DNA from: a virus | DNA length: 64,000 nt | IMG/VR virus record: IMGVR_UViG_3300047550_001767 | Location: 24,674-88,673 of that record | Strand: one strand, 5' to 3' | Part shown: one piece after another, positions 31,001 to 40,000 of the stretch | How positions within the stretch are numbered: position 1 is the stretch's first letter | Layout: each line of letters opens with the position of its first letter | The notes under the pieces: generated by a model | The model's input: only the letters and a program-made list of their open reading frames with translations | Database searches by the model: none | What the model was told of the DNA's origin: nothing | Program-made: the position numbers and the translations under genes

Positions 31001-34000
31001 TTCAGGTTGTGTTATGTTAAATGATCCCGGTACGCCTGGCAAAAAGTCATCTGCATAGTTTGTTCTAATTAAGTCATATTGTGAATGACCAGGATTATCT
31101 TGCTGCCCAGTTACATATCCAATATGTAACACGCTGTCATTAGCATTAATATATGGTTTACAATTATAAATTGCAAAAGTATCTTGTGCGAGTGGAGCAA
31201 AATAACTTATACCGCTAGATTGCGGATTAGCAATATATCCTGCTATACTTACATCGGCTAAAGTTTTGTTACCAAATATTATTCCTGAGTTACGGACCCA
31301 AAAGAAATATACAGGAGTTACAGTATTACTACTGTTAATTACAGTCTGAACTGTATATGCAGTTACATCTTTTGGTATGCCAGCACCTTGATATTGTAGT
31401 GGGGGGACGGAACTACCTATCCAAGTATATACCGCTACATCACTTCCTGGGAATAATTGGCCCCAATATCTGCTATTATAAACATTATCATTTTGATGAT
31501 AATTCAAATAACGTATGTTAGAAGTGTCAAACCAAATAGTGCCAACCTGCGCTGAACCCCATACTATGCCTCTAATATTAGCAACATTATTATAACTTGC
31601 AGGGTCAGTATTTCCAACAATATCGAGATTTTGTCTTACTGCTCCTAAAATTTTACCTTGCAATGGATCTATATAATCTAAATTTATAAGTGTGTTATTT
31701 GTTTCTGCACTAAAGATTTGTATATTTTCAACTTTATTGATATCAACAATAGGATTACTTTGTCTATGTACCACCCAGTTGTTGGTACCAGTTACGTTTT
31801 TATAAATTATAACTTGACCATCAAACAATGTTTGTGAGAAATAAGGAGAACCAACTATTATTTTGTTGTCGTGCCAGTCAATAGCAAAACCATATTTTGG
31901 TTGACTACCATAAACTAGACTTTGTGAGTTGACACTTTGAGCGAATGTATAAGCACCGATATTGGTTAATGATTCATGGAAGTTACCTAAATAATCAAAT
32001 GTATATACCGCACCTGCATTATTAAATGAATCTAAAAACTGTGTAGAGTTATTATCAAAAATAGTGTCGTTATTATAATTTGCATCATCAGTAAAATCAA
32101 ATGTTGTTAATGCATAGCGTGTAGCGACAGGTGCGCTAACAGCAACACTGTTGTGTTCATTAAATTTTACTGTAGTACCAAATTGGCTTGCTCCAGCCTG
32201 GTTTGGATTTTGTATAATTTGTGTTAATTTATATACTTCTAGTCCTAATTCTGTAAATGTATCTGGGTCAGGGGCACTTAGCAATAACTCTTGATTTACA
32301 TTTGCTATATCTTGATTGGCTAAACCTATCATAAGTTTGCCGTCAACTGCGCTAGCAACTATATTAGTAATTTTGGCTGAATTGATTACAGCGGCTGCTT
32401 GATCTGCATCACCAGCAAGAATTTCAACCAAATAACCGTTAATCAATAATTGTCTTGTTGTTGTAACGTCAACATCAGTATCGCCAACTATGTATCCAAA
32501 ACGTGCGCTACCATAAGTATATCTGAATACTCCGCCCTCAATATTTTGTGAATCTAAGTAGAACGGAGCACCAATTAAGATTTCAGTTCCAAATGTATTT
32601 GTGTCTAAACTATAACCAAATTTGACACCCGTTCTAGGGGTTTGTTGATTAGTGAATGTTTGTATTAATACAAACTCATCGCCGCTTACTGTGATAATAT
32701 CACCGTACTGGAATTCCCCTGAATATTCTAAAATTGATCCTACAAAACTATAATTGGAACTATCTACAACTATTCCGTTTTTAGTAACTGTTGTAAATGT
32801 AGAATTTGGTGTCCATGCTAAGTTGAATGCTGCCGGCTCAAGTGAATTATATGCTTGATTAATTTCTATATTTTGAACCAGTCTATCATAAACATATGCA
32901 TTACCGTAATTTTCTACAATGTCTGTATCTACATGAGGAGCACCAACCACCAAAGTTGTTCCGTAATAATTTGTTGCTATGGATTGACCATACAAATCAG
33001 GTGAAGTTGACCCACTATTAATTGTTTTACAATACTGATAATCGCATTGTGTTGCAATTCCGTCACCAGAACCAACACCTTCAGCAATAAAGTATATTCC
33101 AACTTCATTTGATACTGCCCCGACAGTTGTAAAGTCTGTCGTTCCTATGCTTGTAATCTGGTATGTTGCACCTATTGTGAAACTACCTGCGCTAGTTAAA
33201 GTATTGTTTCTATGGTAAACATGAACTTTATTTCGAGCAGTAGGAGTTGCTTCATTGTAATCACTAATAAACAACCAATTCAAATCCCCAGATAGCGCAG
33301 TGGCACTACCAAAATTAGTTGATCCAGATGTAGCAACATTACTTGCAGCAGTAATTGTTTGATAAGGTATTATATTATCGCTTACTGTAGTATTATTGAC
33401 TGTGTACAAGAATACTGTAGGATTAGTTGTTGGTTGTGAAATGGCGTAAATATTTTGTTCGTGTGTTATTGAACTACCAAAACTTACATCATTTGTTAGT
33501 GTTTGATCTTCTTCATAAGTTTCAGTGAAACTATCATACTGATAGCGTATTACTTTACCCAATGGTGCATCACCAATCAAATAATCACTTAATTTGGTAT
33601 AGGCAACGCTTGTTCCAAATTCTATACTATTTGTTCTTGCAAACTCAACATCAAATTTGTAAGCAATATTTTTACGATAAACTGCCCAATCGCCATCAGT
33701 ATTAGTATCTACCCAAACTGTGTTTTTAACAAATTGACTATTTTGTAATGGTAAATTTTGAATGTCGCTTGGTTGTGCAACTCTTTGTGTAGCAAACTTT
33801 AATCCTATTCCTTGTCCAGTTAGAATTGTGGTTGAATTAGGTAATGTTAGATTTATTAATACTTCTCTAGGATTTATAATTTGAGTAGCAACATAATAAC
33901 CATTAACTGAACTATCAAAATTAATTATTGAAAAAATATCGTACTGAGTCAGGTTGTGATTTTTGTTAAATGTTACTACACAAGTATTATTAATATTACT

Positions 34001-37000
34001 GCGTACCTGAACTACTTGACCTATTGAAGTAGGTGTTAATATCTGCCATGAAGATTGATAATCTGCAAGCCATACATAATCTCCCACATATAAATTACCA
34101 ATTGGGACAATTATATTGTTCTTATTAACTGCTGTTGGTAAATTACTGTAAAAATATGCACTCATTTTTACATCATCTAAATTTACATATCCAGCATTTG
34201 GATAAACTTGATTTGGTGTATCTTTAGGTAGTAAAGGTAATACATATGCGCTATCAAGCGGTCTACCATAATTAAACAATGAATAAAGCGGAGTTAATTG
34301 CTGCGCCCCCTCAACATTATTACCGTCTGTTAATCCTATGATTGCAGGGTTGCCAGTCAATAGATTTTCATATAGTTTTAATTCTAAAAAGTTTGCATTT
34401 AGAACGCCACCAAATGTACCTTGCAAGATAGCCCAATTTTCGTAAACATCGTAATCAATTCCACCTTGTGGTAGATTTGCACCCTTAAATGCTTTCATCG
34501 CATTCAATGTACCTTTTTGTTTAATTAGATTTTTATAAACGTTAACCTGAGTAATATCTGTAAGGTCTGCGCTAGCCATATACTCTCTAGGTCTAAACCC
34601 TATTAAACTAAAACTTAATAAATCGGCGTCATTTTCAAGATTGGCTTCATCAGCATTATAATATAATGTGCTTTCGTAACTTCTTGTACTGCTATTTGGT
34701 AATAAACCTTTTTGTAGTTCATCATAATCAGTTACACGCCATTCGTTCTGTTTAAATTCTTTACCTGGTTGAACGATTGTTAATGCTGTAAAAAATTTAT
34801 TTTTATACTTGACCACAGAGCCCCTGGTGTATTTTACCTCAGGGTTCCATTGTTCCACATTATCCTGATTATATATAAAGCCACTTGCGAACATAGTGCC
34901 GTTCCATTCTGCACTCTTAGTTCCTCGGACGTAAATACGATTCTGTTTTAAACCAGAAACAAGATTATAGATAACATCATTAAACAGAGTTGTATTTTGA
35001 AACACTATGCCATGTTCTATGTTGCTTAAATTAAATTGCCCATAAGATATAGCATCCCCTGCATTTAATGCAGTAACACTAAACTTATTACTATCTCTTA
35101 CTATGTTTAAATCTTTATTTTGAATTGGATATAAATTGTTATTTAAAACAAAATTTGTTTGTGCATATGTTAAAGGCTCAACCACTAAACTTTCTTTGTC
35201 TATGGTTAGTTTACTTGCTGCTGGATTTAGTGTAAGTACGCTTCCTACACTCCAACCAGTCTGACTCCAATACAAGAATTCTGCTACCATTTGTGACCAA
35301 TTTATAACGATATTTTGTACTTGATCGTCAAATACAGCGCCCTTACTTGTTAAGTATGCTCCGTAACTTAGTAAAAATTGACTTACTTCTGTTATAGTAT
35401 AGAAAATAGTTCCATATGGTACTATTTCTTCATCGGTACTATATGTGGTACATACATTTACTACCGCATCTTGAACATCAATTTTTTCTTTTGGTCCATT
35501 TACTATTGGTTTTAAAATTTTAAAATATGCATTAGTTTGGTTATTTCCAAATACAGCATATCCAGTACTTGTTAATTGAACTATTACTCCACTATAAACT
35601 ATACGAGCTTCAGGTACATTTTGATATAATAATACTTGATAACTCTCATCAGGAATCATTAATGAACTGTTTCTACTATCTGGTGTACTCTTTTCAACAA
35701 AGAATTTTAACAATGTTTTATCGCTAAATCCTGCAAGGCGGAATACAAGTCTTACGTCAAGATTAGAAAGTAGTTTTGTGATGTTTGCTGTAGCATCAAC
35801 TCCTAATTGCTTTTCATAATCTACGATCCAGTTTATATAAGATGTTTTGGCAACTCCGTTACCATAAATTTGTATTTGATCGGGTATAAGGTGTGTTCTA
35901 CCATTAACTAAAAATTGATCAAACTCAACATTATATTTGTAATTGTCTAAATCAGCGCCTAAGTTATAGAATTCTGCTGGCTTTAATAAAGATTGAAGTC
36001 TTATTAAATCAAACGGATATGTTGAACTCTTACGATAAGAATATTCAACTGGCGCATCATCGCCAACTCTCCAACTTCTTTGAAATGTTAAATTATTGTA
36101 ATTTGATATTACAGCGTCAAGTGGCTGACGTAAGTTGCCGTCGCTATCTACAGGTATTACGCCTGGCCAACTTGTTTCTGGGTTAGGCATTAAGCCTGGC
36201 TGACCATCACGTTTTCTCTTGTAAAGAGTTCTGATAACTGGAACCCCATTATTGTAATCGTAGCCATCTTCCATATCTTGCCATAACAATAGGTTGTCGC
36301 TTGTATATGGTGCTGGGCCATAACGATCTTCCCACCAATCTGGTTTATTGGAATAGCCAATCATAGCCCATGGTGTTAAGTTAGGTGTTGATGTGTCATA
36401 TAGATAAGTGTAAATACCGCGCCAATTACCTTGAAGTACTAAAGAATTTTCTAACTTTAATGTACTTTCTCTATAATTGTAAGTGTAGGGATCATTTGAT
36501 TTATAAAGTTGCACTTTATAATCTAGTCTATTTTGTCCAACCCAATCTAAGAAATTTTTACTGTATATAGATGTCCACTCTGCATAGTCTAATGCTGTGT
36601 CTCTAAAGTATCCAGGAATAGTCTCTGCTAAATTAAACGGCAACGTTCTACTTAACTTAAGGTTGTTATAAATTCTAGTTTCAAACTCTAATAGAATCTG
36701 ATCTCTAAAATCAATTAACATACCTAATGTTTCATTGTAATCACCATAAAGTTTATTATATGAACCGTCATGCCCTTGTATAAAATATGTTGGCTGGCTA
36801 TAAGTGGTATCTAATACTACTGATGGGACATATGCAGGATACAACCCAAGTTTAGTAGGAGTGTTTGGAACATATGATCCATATGTTTGATTATATTCTT
36901 TGATTATAACTTTATCGCCACGCAATAAATCTTTTGTGATAGTTAAACTTGGACTATCAGTGCTTACGTTATAATCAATATCTATAATAAGTTGTTTTAC

Positions 37001-40000
37001 AGTTACAACTCCTTGTATTGTTCTTTGAATATAAACTAATAAGCCATAATAATTAGCACTTGTAAAATCATAAACTCTACTTAATGGGAAAATACTAGTA
37101 TCCGAATCATTAGCAAAAGTGTAAACGTTGCTTATATATGCGGCTTTATTAGGCAACATGTCGGACCAAAAGAATGGTTGCTCTTGATTTTTTGTTGCGG
37201 TGATGTCAGCGATTGCCTCATCTAATAGTAGCGATGGATCAAACTTTTGATCATTAGCAATTCTGTTAATAGCATCAACTAGTAGAGTTTTATATTTTAT
37301 ATACTCTCTACTATTAAACAATAATGAGTCTGATAAATTAAATCTAGGCTCACGTAAAAACGCTCCAGGCAATACTAAACTTGCACTATTTTGTATTATC
37401 TTAGTCCCCCATGGAACTAAATTACCTAAATCTCTATAATTGTTTGAACCAAAAACTTGTCCAGTAGTATCTGGGTTATTATCAAAAATACTTTGGTATT
37501 GGCCACGTATGTCTCCAATATCAACACTAACTGGATCTTCATTAAAAGGATTGTTAGATAAGTTAATTGGAATAGTGTAGTAAGCGTTAGAACTTGTTTT
37601 ATCGCTTAAAATTAAAACTTGTATAGGGGTATCAACATCCTTGTTTAATTTTACCGTTATGATTGTAGAACTGCTAGTATTTTCAACTGTATAGTCAACA
37701 CCTTCAGTTAAAATTTCATTATTATTGTATACTAGTAAACTTGGCCATATTGTTTTATCTACATTTAATTGGGGTATGTCTACCGTAAATGTATAGTCAA
37801 AAGTTTCGTCTGGTGTTAATACAAGAGGCGTAATATTTGCAGTATAATTAAACAAAAATGCTTGATATTGTGTGCTTGGCGCAACTGCTGTTTGCCATCC
37901 TGTTAATCTTACAAACTCATTTGATGTGAGGTAATTGTGTACAAATCCATTTTTAACAGTTGATGTAATTGAATTACCATTATCGATATAGTCAAATGTT
38001 TCTGTATTCAAATACACTTGGAAACTAATGTCTCCGACATTGTTAATTGAACTATAACTTATAGGAAAACCTAATATAGTATCGTCTACGCCAACTCCCA
38101 ATTTATAATTAAAGAGTTTGTTGCCTTTAAATGTTGTTGATTGGTAGACTGCTTTATTACCATAACTACGTCCATTTTCATCAAATAAATCAAACAATGG
38201 AGCCTGATTAACTATTTGTTTTTGTTGTGCTTGAATGTATTCTGTACCGTCGTAGTAGAAACTAAAACCTTTATAATTAAATCCACGAGAAACATAAAAT
38301 TGATCGTTTTCTACAATAGGACTATCAAATGCTTCTGTTAAATTAATAACTGGGAAAGGTTCACTTCCAGTATTGTTAAAATTGACAACAAATATTTTAT
38401 TACGTGTTTGGCTATCTGTATCACCAGCAAAAACTATTCTTGCCCCTGCAAATACTTGTAAATCTGTATTATCTTTAGTGCTGGATACAAAACTTGCATT
38501 ACTTATTGTAGCAAGTACGTCTGTAGGTATAGGCCAATATACTGTTAATACATAATAAGAATAATAATTGTTGTCGATAGACAGAATTCTTGTACCAGTT
38601 GGTAATCTGCTTTGTTCATTTATTATTAGGTCGTTAATCCAAGCACCTTGACTAAATGTTCCGGTTACAATATCATCAGCCGGAATAGAAATTGTTGTTA
38701 CTGTTTTTGATTTTGCTGTACCATCACCTTGAATTGCTGTGCCGGTGCCGAAAGCACTACCTGTCGCTGTAAATATTTCACCTACAGTAGGAGTTGCGCT
38801 GGCTCCTATATTTTGCCATTGTGTAGTTCCTAAAGTAATGATAGTATATTGATTACCTGCAACCAATGATTGCGATTCTGTAATTCCAGTTCCAGTAGAC
38901 TTAAATAAAGTTTTAAGTGCTGTACCACCACCGCCGCCTGCTCCCGGATAAGCACAAGTAAAGATGCTCTCAACATTGTACGTTACTGCTGTGGTACCTG
39001 CGATTGCATTCCATTCTGCTTGTGTTAATGTACCTAAGTCGGTAATAATATACTCAACTCCCACTTCAAATCCGCCATCGCTATCCTGTTCACTACCTAA
39101 TGCAATCCATGTGTTTGGAGTTGTTAAACCTAAACTTAAAATTTGGTAATATTGATTTGATAGTATGCCTTCTAATGTAACATTAGGAGGAGTATAAATG
39201 GTTCCTGTATATTTGGTATAAGTTTCTACGTCTGGATAATAATTTTGCTGACCTTCTACTAGATTGAAGGCATCTGTTGTTCTATAATCAATAAAGTCTA
39301 TACCTTGTTTACCTACAGAACCACTATTGAATAATTTTAAGTTAGGGTAAAATTCAATAATAGGACGTTTGGCTTTATTATCAGGAGTTGCAAATTCATC
39401 TAATATAGATGGGTTACTATTATATTGCGCAGTCGCTTGTATGACCTGTATGTGGAACCAACGGTTACTGCGTGACCATGCGTTTTGATTAATACTATTT
39501 CTAGCAATCGTTATATAATCTTGTACGCTTGGAATATTAAGTCCTGCGTCATATGGGCCTATATCATATCCAGTACTATCATATGGAATAGAACTTAATG
39601 TTGTAAACGGTTCAGGTACGATTAATAAATTAGTATTGATTAATTCTATTCCACGTTCTGTACCAACACCTTGAACATAATATTGTCCTTCTAGGTAACT
39701 TCTTGGTACAACGTCGCCATTAAATTGAACTTTTAATCCATTGGTAAATACAACACCGTTTTTCGCAGTGTAATTTTGTTTACCTAAAATATCAACATCA
39801 ACGTTGATTGTATTTGTTTCATTATTTTCAATTAACTTTATAGTACCGACTCTACTAGATACTGAACTGTCTTGATAGTACAAAGTATCTAATGGTGCAC
39901 TGATATATGGTAGCAATTGAATTACGCCTGTAACATTTTTTACAAAATGTAATCCTACATACTCGCTACCGTATAGTGGGGTAATCTTTTCGCCAATTGG

